A DNA stretch of 64,000 nucleotides from the NCBI RefSeq assembly GCF_032062105.1, contig NW_026929195.1:124001-188000 (forward strand). The letters are read 5' to 3'. A program made the translations under genes and the position numbers. The DNA is from Saccostrea cucullata. Taxonomy: Eukaryota. Of the stretch, positions 37,601 through 50,120 are shown piece after piece (the first letter of the stretch is position 1; each line of letters begins with the position of its first letter). Under the pieces are notes generated by a model. That model saw only the letters and a program-made list of their open reading frames with translations, searched no databases and was not told where the DNA came from.

Positions 37601-37853
37601 TCAGTTAACACCCATTCGTATTCTACGATGCTTCGATATATTCATTGAAACTTGAAATAAAAGACGCAATAGAATTATTTTACGTCACTGGAAACCTGCG
37701 ACTTATATCACAGTCTTTAATAAAGATGATTTCACCTGTTCTATTTTATCTTCCCTTATGTTCATGTATGCATCAACATATCATTATCCCCTGCATATGG
37801 AGTATACGTTTTTCAGGTGAAAACATGTCCTGATGTGAAATATGGGGTTAATA

Positions 37854-37985
37854 NNNNNNNNNNNNNNNNNNNNNNNNNNNNNNNNNNNNNNNNNNNNNNN
37901 NNNNNNNNNNNNNNNNNNNNNNNNNNNNNNNNNNNNNNNNNNNNNNNNNNNNNNNNNNNNNNNNNNNNNNNNNNNNNNNNNNNNN
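37854..37985. other. Assembly gap (132 N)
   Basis: Run of n. Confidence 1.
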
Positions 37986-38714
37986 TCCTCAAAGAAAAAT
38001 TAATTTATTAAAATGTCGATATACCTGGTCGACAGGCCTCGAATTATTTATAGGTTATACATTTATATACAAATCATAAGCACAGACAATAATTCATTGA
38101 CAGTGAAAGCGTTTGGAGCTATCAAAAAGAATTGTCTTTTGAAGTCTTTTGAAATTTCTTTTATGAATTTCTACATTTATCATATGCACGGTCGTTTCAT
38201 CCATGAACTTTTCAAACCTTGATGTTTGTCTTGCTCTATATATGATTTATTACATGTATTAATTTCTAGAAGCAACTCGTCCATATTATATGGACATCAT
38301 TATATATCATCAATTATGATGTTAAACCGATTTTGACGAAAAATGCATTTGCTGATCCTCATCTTACCAATGCTATTCCATGATAAGTAATGTCTCAAGA
38401 TAGAACTCGAGAACGCTAGTTACATTACTGTTTCAAGATGTTGGGAATTATATTTGCTGATCATTATTTATGTATTTTTCCCTTTTGTATAAGATATATT
38501 TTAGATTTTTAGTGACAACTAAATGGTTATTTATTTATTTCAGATGATACAATTATTTACGACAAGATTAAAAAAATTATTAACAATTTTGAAAAATTTA
38601 CTAATTTCCTTTTTGTTTTCTTGTGAAGCAATTTTTTTTTCTTAAATTTGTACAGAAAAAATAGCATCTGATTGTGGCAACCAATTTGTTTTCATATGAT
38701 ATAATTAATTTGAC

Positions 38715-39215
38715 ACTGACATTGAACGATGTCGAGTCGATATCGTCAACATTTCGATTTCAACGAGGTTAACGATGTAAACAAGAAAATATCATTCAAT
38801 GGTGACACGATATCGATTGCCTCAATATAGACAAACATATAAATGTCGACGATGTGAATGTAAACAAGAAAATATAATGCAACGATGAAGCAATGTAAAC
38901 TTATCCAACATAGCAATGTCAACGATGTGAACGATGTAAAAACTTAAAGAACAAAATGCTGACAAGATTTTAATGCTCGATATAATTTAACATTGCTATA
39001 GAAATAAACAAAAATGTTGTCCAACATTGGTTTATCAGCAATGTAATTAAACGAGGGAGTGTAATGACACGTCATCCAACATTGGAATGTTAAAATAGTT
39101 ACAATAGTTTCAGTAACAATTTAAGTTGAATAGTTGAATGAGGAGGGATGTGGAAATATGTGTTCTGAAGAAAGAGGTATCCATACATCGATGTCGACAA
39201 TATCGATAAAACATT
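38715..39215. repeat. Degenerate AACGATGT-motif repeat region, probably a decayed MITE
   Basis: Many AACGATGT/CAATGT/ACATTG motifs, and ATGTAAACAAGAAAATAT occurs twice. Confidence 0.45.
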
Positions 39216-39239
39216 CTGCACTAGATATATCGGTACCTC

Positions 39240-39367
39240 AGTGAATGACGAGAGATGCTTACTTCTCCATGGTAGCTGATCCCATCTCTGTTTTCAAAGG
39301 TCCGTGTCTGTTTTGCTCATAGCTTGCATTATTTAATAATCACTGTTCATTATCTTCACATTTCATC
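39240..39367 (+). mobile_element. Penelope-like 3' end remnant
   Basis: GATGCTTACTTCTCCATGGTAGCTGATCCCATCTCTGTTTTCAAAGGTCCGTGTC...TTATCTTCACATTTCAT. Confidence 0.72.
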
Positions 39368-39969
39368 TACATGATAATGTCTGGTACAGGAAGGTTCAAA
39401 CACTGGCCTGAAATGTACTTGTTGTTTCATTCATGTTTATCTGAAAGCCTCAAACATTAACATTGCCGTCTTGCTGCAGCTGCAGGGTTGTATTACAACA
39501 TAAATACTATTATGCTACAAAGCTCATTAGCATTAATTATAAGCATAATTTTCCCGCAAGGAGTAGGTGTAAATCGGGTTTCTGTATCCACAATTACTAT
39601 CCTATCACGCAGGCATTTTAATTCTATGCACAGTTTGGGTTGCGTATGAAATTATTATTCGATTAACGGTTAATTGCCAGATGCCTATAAAACGCTATGT
39701 TTTTCATAGAGATTCTTGTAATGTGAAGGAATCATTCGATATTAGCGCTGCCTAACATTCCTTTCTTACATAACTGTGAACCAGTTCTCCCCGAAATCCT
39801 TCAAATTACATTTTTTGGTTGTTCACTACAAATTTTATACATGTAGAACATTCGTATTAAATCTAATACCATTATTTATGCTTTAAGAGAGAGTTATCAA
39901 TTCAATTTAAATGGGTTTTTTCAGGGATATGTAAAATATTAATTTAATTTTGATATATTACTATCTATA

Positions 39970-40462
39970 AACTAGGGTACTGTGAGCAATGAGTTCACTA
40001 AATGATAACCTTCACCGCCTTCCATATGTTATAATAGCAAGGTCAATCTTTTGCTCTTGGAGACACAAAATAAATGTCAGATGAAAGTGAATGGGATGTC
40101 ACAGTAGCATAATGTTATATAGAATATAAAGCATCATTGTATTTTATTCTGTCGATAGCTGGGGTTGCAGATAAGAGATGGGTACCCTTCAATAATAAAG
40201 ACAAAATGGCAGTGTCCATGTTTTGCTGTGGGAAACCGTAAATATACATGTATATTTATGTCCAATCAAAATGTAGAATTAGAGGTGAACATTGGCACTA
40301 TGTCACACATATTCTGCATCTGAAAGTTTCATTAATTTTATTCAATGGTACAAGAGAAGGGTACCCAAAAACGTAACTGACAAACGGAAGGACGTACAGA
40401 CAGACGGACGAAGCGACTTCTCGATCACTATATACTCTCCCACTTTTCAAGAGGGGTATAAA
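39970..40462. mobile_element. Helentron/HINE-like non-autonomous element
   Basis: Starts ACTAGGGTACTGTGAGCAATGAGTTCAC (hairpin), contains a (GACG/GACA)n tract at 40378-40412, and ends GAGGGGTATAA. Confidence 0.55.
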
Positions 40463-41434
40463 AAGCACAAAGTATCTTTCCGGCTTTCAGCAAGGTACAG
40501 AAAATGTGCCTAATATGTAAGGAAGGAATAAACAATCCCTGTGATATACTAGTAATACCAATAAATAGCATGCAGTCAAAAGGACTTGAGAGGGTGAAAT
40601 TTCAAACATTTAGCTTGTATTTGGGACCCTATCCTGATTCACAATTTGATATATCAAAGTTTATTTATATATTTGGCAATGTAAAAGTAATGCTTTTGCA
40701 AATATTAAATTAAATATCCAGAGCTCTTTGGGGGTTCTAAGAACGTCGTTTCTAATGGTATTACGATAGCTTTTCATTGGAATTTTAACTACATTTTGGG
40801 ATCTTGAGAAATTAGCGCTGGCGTATGTAAAATGCTTGTACTAAGGCTGCACATGTACAATAAGAGTATGAATTCTGCAATTTTCCTATCGACAGACATA
40901 AGTCTGGCTGCAAAGATTCATAAAGTAATGAACTCACAGTTCGTTGGGTCATGAAGTGTTATGGGCAAAAGGGCGTCGGTAGATACAAATCTTTAACCAT
41001 CCAAACCAGATAGATATCGACTGTGTCTCTGATTTTATATCAATACAATTCATAAATGTCAATTTCAATTTGTATTATGAAAAGCATAAGGTTCAATTAT
41101 TTACAGGGTTAGGAGATTTTTTGCTGATGATAAATATTTTTTCGGTACATATTTTAGAAAATCAACTTCTTAATTGAATTTATCTCTCATATACGACAAT
41201 TTTTTATCTAATGAAATGTGAATTATTAAATAGAATATTGATAAAGTCAGAAAATGAACACGATTTTCAATGACAATTTACTTTGAAGCGATTCACATGA
41301 AATAAATGAACATAATTATGTAGATTTACCATATCTGCTGTTCATGTACTTAGAGATTTATGTTTTTGATAGATCTTTTTTTTTTGAAATTTGATATCTA
41401 TAAAGGATTCCAAAAAATCATAAAAATCCTTACA

Positions 41435-43082
41435 AAGACGTATTCATAATGGGTTTCAGTAAATATTCTACCAAGCCTCTTTCTTTACTTCTCACATTAA
41501 TACAGACAGTAGTGAAGGAGAAACTTCAGGTGCAAGAATATATTCGAGAGATGGTGTAAATCAAATATGGATTCTTAAAAATTCCAATAAACGTTTTGAA
41601 AATTTGAAATAACAAATTTCATTATTCTATCGTCTATTTTTACTTCCAATACCTATCTTAATTTTCCTACCAGAATCTACTCTGCTCTTTTTATTTGCCA
41701 AAAATTATAACAACATATTTTGAATTGAAAAGAGCATTTATTTCAAATGCCAGTGAACTAAAGAAACAAATACACAGCTGTATTGTTTGATCTTAGATGC
41801 ATGTTACAACGGTCACGACAAGGAAAAAATGAAAATAACTCAAAAGATACATAACATAACAAATTAAATGTATATCTTAGATATGCCTTTATTAATATAG
41901 AAAATCATGCATATAGAACTGTATAGGTACATGCATGCACAATAAAAACACATAACTAAAAATAGCAAAAAGATGGGATTGAAAATCAAGCCACAAACCT
42001 GTCGAAAACCAGACGGTTAGAAAATCAACAGTATAAAAATTAACGCCTTTCAACTTTATAAACAACCATTTTTTTATATCATTGACAGCTTTTTTTTAAT
42101 AAAAATGGATCTTGTAAATTTACATACCATTTTATTGGTCCTTTGAAAAAATTATTTTTTTTTCAAAAAACATTCTGACTGTACACACAAGTACTCTGAT
42201 GTTGATATTAAACACATGCATGAGTTTCTCATTTTCAATATCTATGTGGTTTTTGGAGACCATGCATTCGAATTTGTAATGGGTAACAATTACTGGCCCT
42301 GTTATTAGCAGACGTATTTTTTGTATTCATATGAAACAGAATTGTTCAAAATCTTCTACGTGAAAAGAAGATAACACTTGTTGTGGCGTTCAAATCGACA
42401 TTTAGATATAACAACAACGTATTGTCAATTAACAATGCTTATTTTCATTCTTATGTCAATATGGTATTTCCCACTGAGCTTGAAATATAAGAAATCACAG
42501 AGTCTGGTACATTTGTTTCCTATTTAGATATTTTACTTATCTAACTACCAAGCTTGTAATAAACGTGATGACTTTAATTTTTCAATTGTCAGCTTCCCTT
42601 ACTTATGTATTTAGAATATACTTCATCACCTGCATACAGGGTTTACATCTCTTAGTTTATTCGATAATCAAGAGCATGAACAATTCATAAAAAAAGGTAA
42701 ATTATCGACAGACAATTTGCTGAAACAAGAATATCACCAGTCTCGTTGAAAGTCATCATTTTATAAGTTCTATGGTCGATAGAATGGCATCAGCAAAGCA
42801 ATTCATCATTACGTCGAATGCTGACTCGTTTTTCCTATTAATCTTTAGGTAAATAAATACACTGAAATGTCAATGGACACCCTCCCCCCGTTACTTCCCG
42901 ATCATGACAAGCTGCACACGGCGGGTGCATGTGACCAGTCAGCAGGGCATGCTTACTCCTTCATAGCACCTGATCAGACTTCTGCTTTTTGTTTGAAGGT
43001 CCTTGTTTGCTCTGCTCCGATTTTGTATTGTTTAATGGTCTTTTGAGCTTATATATTATTCATTTTTTCTATATATTTCACC
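41435..43082 (+). pseudogene. Long Penelope-like (Naiad-type) RT copy with a ~400-bp interruption at ~41620-42025
   Basis: SKYSTKPLSLLLT..VKEKLQ..IYSRDGVNQIWILKNS, then FSTL*TTI, CTHKYSDVDIK, LYSYE, KRDDFNFSIVSFPYL, SPAY, KFYGR, and the 3' structured segment at 42910-43020. Confidence 0.88.
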
Positions 43083-43274
43083 TTAAATCTACTGATGGTA
43101 AAGTTAAATAGACTTTTAATGGTAAAACTTTTATTTTTATTGAGGTTTTATTCCCTGTATCTATGGTCTTTCAATTGCATAAATGGTATCTATTCAATTA
43201 TTTGATCTCGAAGAGTAACTTATGGTATTGTCTACAAATTAATGTCATTTACCAACATAGTTTGTCTTCATATG

Positions 43275-43351
43275 TTACCATTCAGTAACTATTTAGTTAC
43301 CATACAGTTACCATTCAGTAACCATTTAGTTACCATACAGTAACCATTCAG
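43275..43351. repeat. 11-bp minisatellite, 7 units, with a 33-bp higher-order period
   Basis: TTACCATTCAG TAACTATTTAG TTACCATACAG TTACCATTCAG TAACCATTTAG TTACCATACAG TAACCATTCAG. Confidence 0.9.
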
Positions 43352-46300
43352 TGGACTTAATGACGTAGACTCATCCTATGTCAACTTAAGTTTTAACGTT
43401 TGATGAATTTTTAGCCTTAAACAATTTATTACATTCCTTTGATGCACATTTTACTCTCACCATCTTTTCCTCAGCAGCTTTGTAATTATAATGAAGTCTT
43501 TATTATTAGAACTGAAATTGAATGTGTGAAAAGTGGGACAACACAATAGACAGAAATAAACCTAAGATTAAAATCAATCCCATAAGAATTGCAATTAATT
43601 AAATAGGCTTGTCCTTAATGGATGCTATGTCAAAATGCTGTGACAAATAACGAGACTTGCTACAGATTTGTTGAGTGAAAATTTCCACCGACATGCGGTG
43701 TGAATAGGGGAACTTATTGGATAATGTCAGGTTTCTATTGGATTGATAAGCATTATGAGCCGGGAAGTGTGTCTGAGAAAGAGCTAAGTCATGTATAACA
43801 GACTTCAAGAGTTTGAATAAGGATTCAGATGTCGAAATACATCAGTGATTCTACAGGAAATTCCTTCCAATCAATTATCTCCACAATCCTATGTTTCATA
43901 CAATCAAAAAATCTCCTCCAGTATTCATCACTTGATATGCAATATCAATGTCTTGAATTGACTCATAGCCACATTTACATGAGCTATAATATCATTTGGG
44001 TGATTCTTGATAAAGAAGGATTGATCTATTTAAATTGATCATTGGTGAAAATATTTGGTTATCAAAAGGAATTTTTTGACTTCGACCATCAAATATTCTT
44101 AGATATATGTCTCTTTCTTAATACGAGTCATTTGTCACTTTTAATTCCAATAATAACATATTTTTCTTCTGTATCTTTTCAAATTTGATGTTTACCTCGA
44201 ATGCTATGCCATTGTATAGTCGTATTAATATGTTTATGTCATGTTATACATGTCAGTGGATAGATCTTAATTCAAGATTGTATTAACCCATTTTATTTTG
44301 GAGAGCATTTAATCCAGTTTTGATTTGTTATTCAAATAAGCATTATATCTGTTAGATCTCTACTGTTTCTCTCATACTTCAATTGCAGGACTTTTAAAAT
44401 GCCCAAAAATGCAAATTTACCTTACGTTAGATGTATATCAAAAGTGGATAAGTATTTGCAATCAAGAGAATTTCTTGAAATGCTTGAAACATCAGGTAAA
44501 TTGTAACTTGATTTATGAAATGCATTACGCATTCGACAATCCAAGCACATTTCAAAGCAACAGCTTGGTTTGGCGATAAAGCAAGTCTTCTTGCAGTGAT
44601 GGTCACAATACTTAAGCTTCGTTTCCTCAAAGATCCATGACTGACATAATCCGTGCAAACAGGCTTTAATAATATAATTGGGAATTAAAATTAAGGAAAT
44701 GAAAACTCATTTGGTTAATTTATTGTGGTTGAAAGAACACAATAAAGTTGTAAGAGTAAGTAAATGTGTAAAGATATACTATACGTGTACCTCTTATGTC
44801 CTGGAACTGTAAAAGTTTTAATTCTTCCTTCGAAACTAAGTCAATCAATGAGGTTCATGTATAAAAACAACTGCGCATGCTCTTCCAGAAACTTTTTAAA
44901 AAGAATAATCACGGTAAAATCAAATTTAATGCTGATTACTGAAATCTATTATATGGTGTTTCCTATCAATTACGCAATTAAACGCTTACAAGTTCACATG
45001 TTCGACGTGGCTCATTAATTTGAATATCTTCTATTTAAGTGTTGGAATCAGAGAGATGAATAGTTATAATCAATACAGTCTGACAAGAAAATCACCAGTG
45101 AACAGAAAATTTAAAACTTTTTTTTCTAGAAAAAATCAAGTTAAGCACAAATCTAAGAATTTTATGTACATTATATTTTCTTCCAGTAAGATTTAACACT
45201 TTAACACGTCCAAAAAAAAAACCAATACGTTAAACTATGCGACATTCTATTATTCTATCAATCAATGTTATGGAGCAATTTTATTAAACACATTTCTTGT
45301 CTTAAAAAAATGCACTTTTATGAATAAAATTTCAGCCCCATGTAATTTTAGCCACGAACTAAGTTTAAGAGCACGTTTGAATATTTGTTTAATACGTAAA
45401 GTCTATAGCATTTAAAGATTCATTTTGTATCGGCATGTTTTATAGCTTAATTGTTTTGCTAGTGTGTTTTGATTACTTGTTGTATGCATCGCTTTGCTGA
45501 AAGGCTACATACGATTACCATCTAGCAAACATGCTCTGTAAGTTTGATGCTTTTCACATAAGATAATTACAGATTTAAAAAAGAACTATTTGGGTGTTCT
45601 CCTAATCGATTAAATCTGTTCTGTATAAAATGGGGATAGATCTTAAAGGGTCATTACATAGACGGTTACCGACCAATAGAAAGGTAGGTGGCAATTGTTC
45701 AATGTAGTAGGCATGCAGTGTAAGTTTTAAAGATTCCACCTTATAACTTACCATAAAACATAAAGTAGTTTACAAACAACTCTGTATCATTAACATGAAT
45801 TTTATTTAAGTGTTATGCATATGTATATAAAAAATGAATCCTTTCGTAAAACTTCAGACAAAATTAGGAATGAGTTTCTGGGTGCTCGGATTAAATGATT
45901 AATTGATGAATTGTAATTAAAATCTCTCTAATAATTATGGTGATTGAAAAGTATTTATTTAAATGATATGCGATTAGAGAAAGTTAAAAAGATAAGATGA
46001 AATTATGGATTTGAAATATAATTACATGTATAATTTTTTTTTTAGATATTTTGTCTGTCTGTGTGTAGCCTTTTTTTTCTTTTAGAAAGAAGTACTAATC
46101 ATCATAAAGTAATTACTTTTAAGAAAATCTAAATTCCCATATGTATGGAATTCTAATTGTCATACAATATTTTTTTTTTTTTGAAAAAGTAGAACCAAAA
46201 GAAAAAAGGAACAATTTTTCCAAAATGTAAAGAAATTATAATGAATGCCCAGAGGTTCAATCATATATTGGTACAAAAGGATAATACACGTTTAATGATA

Positions 46301-47469
46301 AAATATTCAAAAACTTAAGATTTTTCCCCCAAAATCATAATTGTTTAAAGTACTGTATAACTTGCTATTCTGAAATCATTATCTTATATTCAGTTCAAGA
46401 AAAAAATATTGAAAGACATTTTGAAAGGAAAAAGAAGCTTGTAAAGTTTACAAGGTACTTTAAATAAAACAAATAAATATGACCATAAGAAAAATCATAG
46501 TTTTAACTTTTTAAAAGCTCAGCTTCTGAGTTTGTTTGTGGAATATAATCATTTGTTAAATTTTAAATATTTTGCAATTTACACTAACCAAAAAGACTCC
46601 AGGAAAAGGGTTAGTATAAGAATAAAAGGAAAATGTTAATTGAGACGCAAGTAAAATTTTTCCCCAGAAAAAACTTTTCCGTAATAGAACATTCAAGAAG
46701 AGAAAGTTATAGAGTTGAAACTTTAATAAATACTTACTTTAGGCCGCGGGTTTGCTGACGTCGTTAAAACTGGGTACGCAATTTTTTCATGTATACATTT
46801 GCTAATAAAGTCACACAAAGAGAAAGAAATTTGCGATGTTTTAAAGCATTCAATAATAAAACTTAATTAATACAACAGTTTTATGTCAAATGCAAACGAA
46901 TCTATAAAACGGTTCTTTATTGACATTCAAAAGACACAAACTAGTCATATATATAAAACGAGCTCTATTAAATACTTTGTGCCTCCATTTTTTATGGTAA
47001 TGTTCTCTTATAAGTACAATAAAATGATACTTAATATCATCAAATCAATGCAGAATCTTAAAGTAACACATACGTTACAACAGTTTTCAATTAAGCTAAG
47101 GTCTCGAAAATAGGCCTTACTATAAAAGGGATTCTGTGTTTGTTTTATTGGACTTCAAAAATATGTATTCAGCTTTTGAAATAACCCATTTTTACCCAGT
47201 GCATTTTTCAGTAATGTCATGTACTGATTGGAGAATCGGGAAAGCCATAAATACACAATATAGGATGTTGATTAGTCTCTACAATTGCAAGTATTCAAGA
47301 TATGCTAATAAGTTAGAGAAGGCAATAGATTTCATTTGAAAATTCGGCTTTTCAGTTATTTTATTATTGATTTCTTGTTTCTGGCAATATTGTGTTAGAT
47401 GTTTCATTCGCAGACAATACCATTACATGATTTGTAAAATCATTCACATATTTACTGCCTTGCATGGTA

Positions 47470-47770
47470 CATGTATCTCAGCCGGTAGAGCTCTCTCTCT
47501 CTTTCACCCGAACGTCATAAGTTCGAACCCTTGCCGTGCACAAGACCTTCGCCGGTAATAAAAAGAAGCAACTGTTCCTATCTTATAAGCATTTGAAACT
47601 TGATGTAAAAATTGTGGGTACTTCGTAAGAGACCTTAAAAACCGAAGATAAATATCACTTTATGCTCAATATCCCTGAAGGTCGAGTAAATGTTTACATT
47701 TTTGAAGCCTTACATCGGTATAAGATGAATCTATAGTGAAAAAGGAAACCTTTTCTGAACTAAAAATCAC
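47470..47770 (+). mobile_element. Decayed SINE, family of 20144
   Basis: TCTCAGCCGGTAGAG (A box), AGTTCGAACCC (B box), CTGTTCCT..., GACCTTAAAAACCGAAG. Confidence 0.55.
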
Positions 47771-48057
47771 ATATAATCAATGATGTATCCGGTCTATATC
47801 AATTTAGATACTTTAAATATTATCCTTTCTGTATATTTAAATAAAATAATATATTGAAAACGGTGATGTTTTTGCAAATTTAAAGTATATTTTTCTTTTG
47901 CACATTTCTTTTTTCTTTTTTTATACTAATACATGAAAAAAAAAAATTGAGGTAAATTCAGAAAGATAGCACTGAAAAAATGGTTCAGATAATTGTACAT
48001 GTATAATTTATTCATTAGTACAAAAATACTGTTCTACAAAATCTTCAACATTGAGGA

Positions 48058-48362
48058 GTCGCCCGCGTGGTGCAGTGGTTAGAGCATCTGTTCTGGAGTC
48101 GCAAAGTAAGGAGATAATCCTTACGTCGCGGGTTCGAATCCCACTGTGGGACGTGGAGACGGATTCTTCTGATGAGACTGTATGAACCGAGGTCCCGTGT
48201 CGCGCAGTAGGTGTCGGCACGAAAAAGATTCCTCCCTGCTCAATAGCCCTGAGTGCCGAGTATGGGACGACATTTGCAGCTCTCCACCGACAAGTGGTGG
48301 CGTCTCCATATGAGTGAAAAATTTTCGAGAGGGACGTGAAACAAAATACAATTTATTAACCA
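48058..48362 (+). mobile_element. Full-length tRNA-derived SINE with Deu/Nin-like core and 13-bp TSD
   Basis: A box TGGTGCAGTGG, B box GGTTCGAATCC (48131), core GATGAGACTGTATGAACCGAGGTCCCGTGT. The TSD is TCAACATTG(A/G)GGA at 48045-48057 and 48363-48375. Confidence 0.9.
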
Positions 48363-48605
48363 TCAACATTGGGGAAGGTACATTTGACATGAAAAAGTAT
48401 ATGATATTCGAATTAATTGTCCTTTACTACGACTCGTGGAGTATCTCTGTGTTTCTGCGACGTTTAAAAACTTTTATCGTACAAATCATAAATTTCTCTT
48501 AAGGTTTTCATTTAAAGTTGCGGAAAAAATTATCATTTATTAAGAAATGTTCATACTTTCAAGACTCAATCATAAAATTCAAGCTGATCCTTTTGAAAAA
48601 AAAGC

Positions 48606-48608
<3 letters not shown>

Positions 48609-48637
<29 letters not shown>
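48609..48637. repeat. (GA)n microsatellite
   Basis: Read directly. Confidence 0.95.
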
Positions 48638-48642
<5 letters not shown>

Positions 48643-50068
48643 CACAGAAAGAAAATGACGTTTCATAATATAAAGTCAACTTTTGACGATTTAAAACTGA
48701 AATTTGACTTCTTTTTTTTTTTAATTTGAAAAATATGTTACAGACTAGTAGAATTTTTAAAATGAAGGCAACTTACGTCGTCCTTAAGTCGGCCAACGAA
48801 ATAAATTATTTTAACGACCGTGATTAAGATTGTCATTCATTGAACATAAGAAGAAGGAAAGAGAAAATAAGCGATATCAAAATTGATTTTTTGTTACAAG
48901 CGTGAAGCAATTTAATACACGAATATTTTATTATGGTTAAATACTAACAAAGAGTGAATGTCCGAGAGGAGCTTTCTTCTTTCTTGATTTATATTTAATT
49001 GGATTTGAATCTACAATCCACATATTTTCTTGTCACATTCTGCAAAAATCCCACGTACCATTTGTTCATTTCATCCCAGCTCTTTGCAAAGCATCAACAT
49101 CTCTGCTGATAGCAAATAAAGTATCAGTCACCTATACCTAACTACATTACTAATCAATTATTATTTAAATGTTTCAGACAAAGTAAAATATTTCTTGTCA
49201 TTTTATTGGAAGAGAAATAAAAAATTAATAGAAACTCTTACAGAAACGGAGATATACCCTTGATGTCGACGATCTGATGGGAACCCACTAGGTCATCTTC
49301 TTAGTTGACCCACCAAGTGAAGGAAATAAGTTTCTTCTCTGTGATTCTCCCAGTGTTTTATTTCTTAAATGTCATAGTATTATCTACCATGATTCGCATC
49401 GTAATATCCTATTTGGCTTCATCTAAAAGAGAAAAATGGAGAATGGCGATTTCGATATTTAGGGCATCTTTGAAGATTCTGTGTCCTTCATTGGGCAATG
49501 ACATTTAACTCTCTCGCCCACTCAGTAAATGGACGTTTTCTGATAGCTATAATGATGATCTACACGAGTTGACTTGTCACTGAAATCTAAATCTTAATGC
49601 AGTGTTAAAATACAGTTTGATTAACGGGCGATCTGTCCACATAAATCTGCTATATCTCTTTCTTCAAGAAGAAGTAACCCATTACGGTTTATCTGTTGAA
49701 ATCTCCAGAAAAAAATCTTTTCATTTTCTTTCCTATCGGATGGAGGGAAGAATCTTACAGACCAAAACAATCATGAAATGACTTCCGATTGCATGACATA
49801 AATTTTGCTCTGCTTCAGTTATGGTTAAGATTTTTTTTTGTGATTCTTGCAGATTCTCAATTGCTCTCTTCACGACGAATAAGACAAACGTCCCGTCTTT
49901 TGCAATGTGAGTATCGTTTTTCTATATTAGGAACAAATTGTTTTTTTGTCTTGAGATTTAAAAGATCAAAATAATTTTTAAAGAAAACTATTAGATCATT
50001 CAGCTTTATTCTGTATATCGAGCGGAGTAAACAGTATTTACTTTTACAACAGATTGTACAGATTCTCG

Positions 50069-50120
50069 GTTTTATGGACTTTTGATCCTGAATACAGTTC
50101 ATTATCTCCATATGTTTCAT
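50069..50120 (+). mobile_element. Penelope-like extreme 3' tail only
   Basis: GTTTTATGGACTTTTGATCCTGAATACAGTTCATTATCTCCATATGTTTCAT. Confidence 0.7.

Noticed and set aside
37817-38011. ORF spanning the N run
   Set aside because: It is an artefact of the assembly gap.
43560-44660. Highly decayed LINE RT
   Set aside because: Only faint motif echoes (LGVILD, ETxG) are visible, with no sustained frame. Support would need a translated HMM search.
48058-48150. tRNA gene
   Set aside because: It is the head of a SINE: it continues into a repeat body and tail, has a TSD, and other copies exist in the window.
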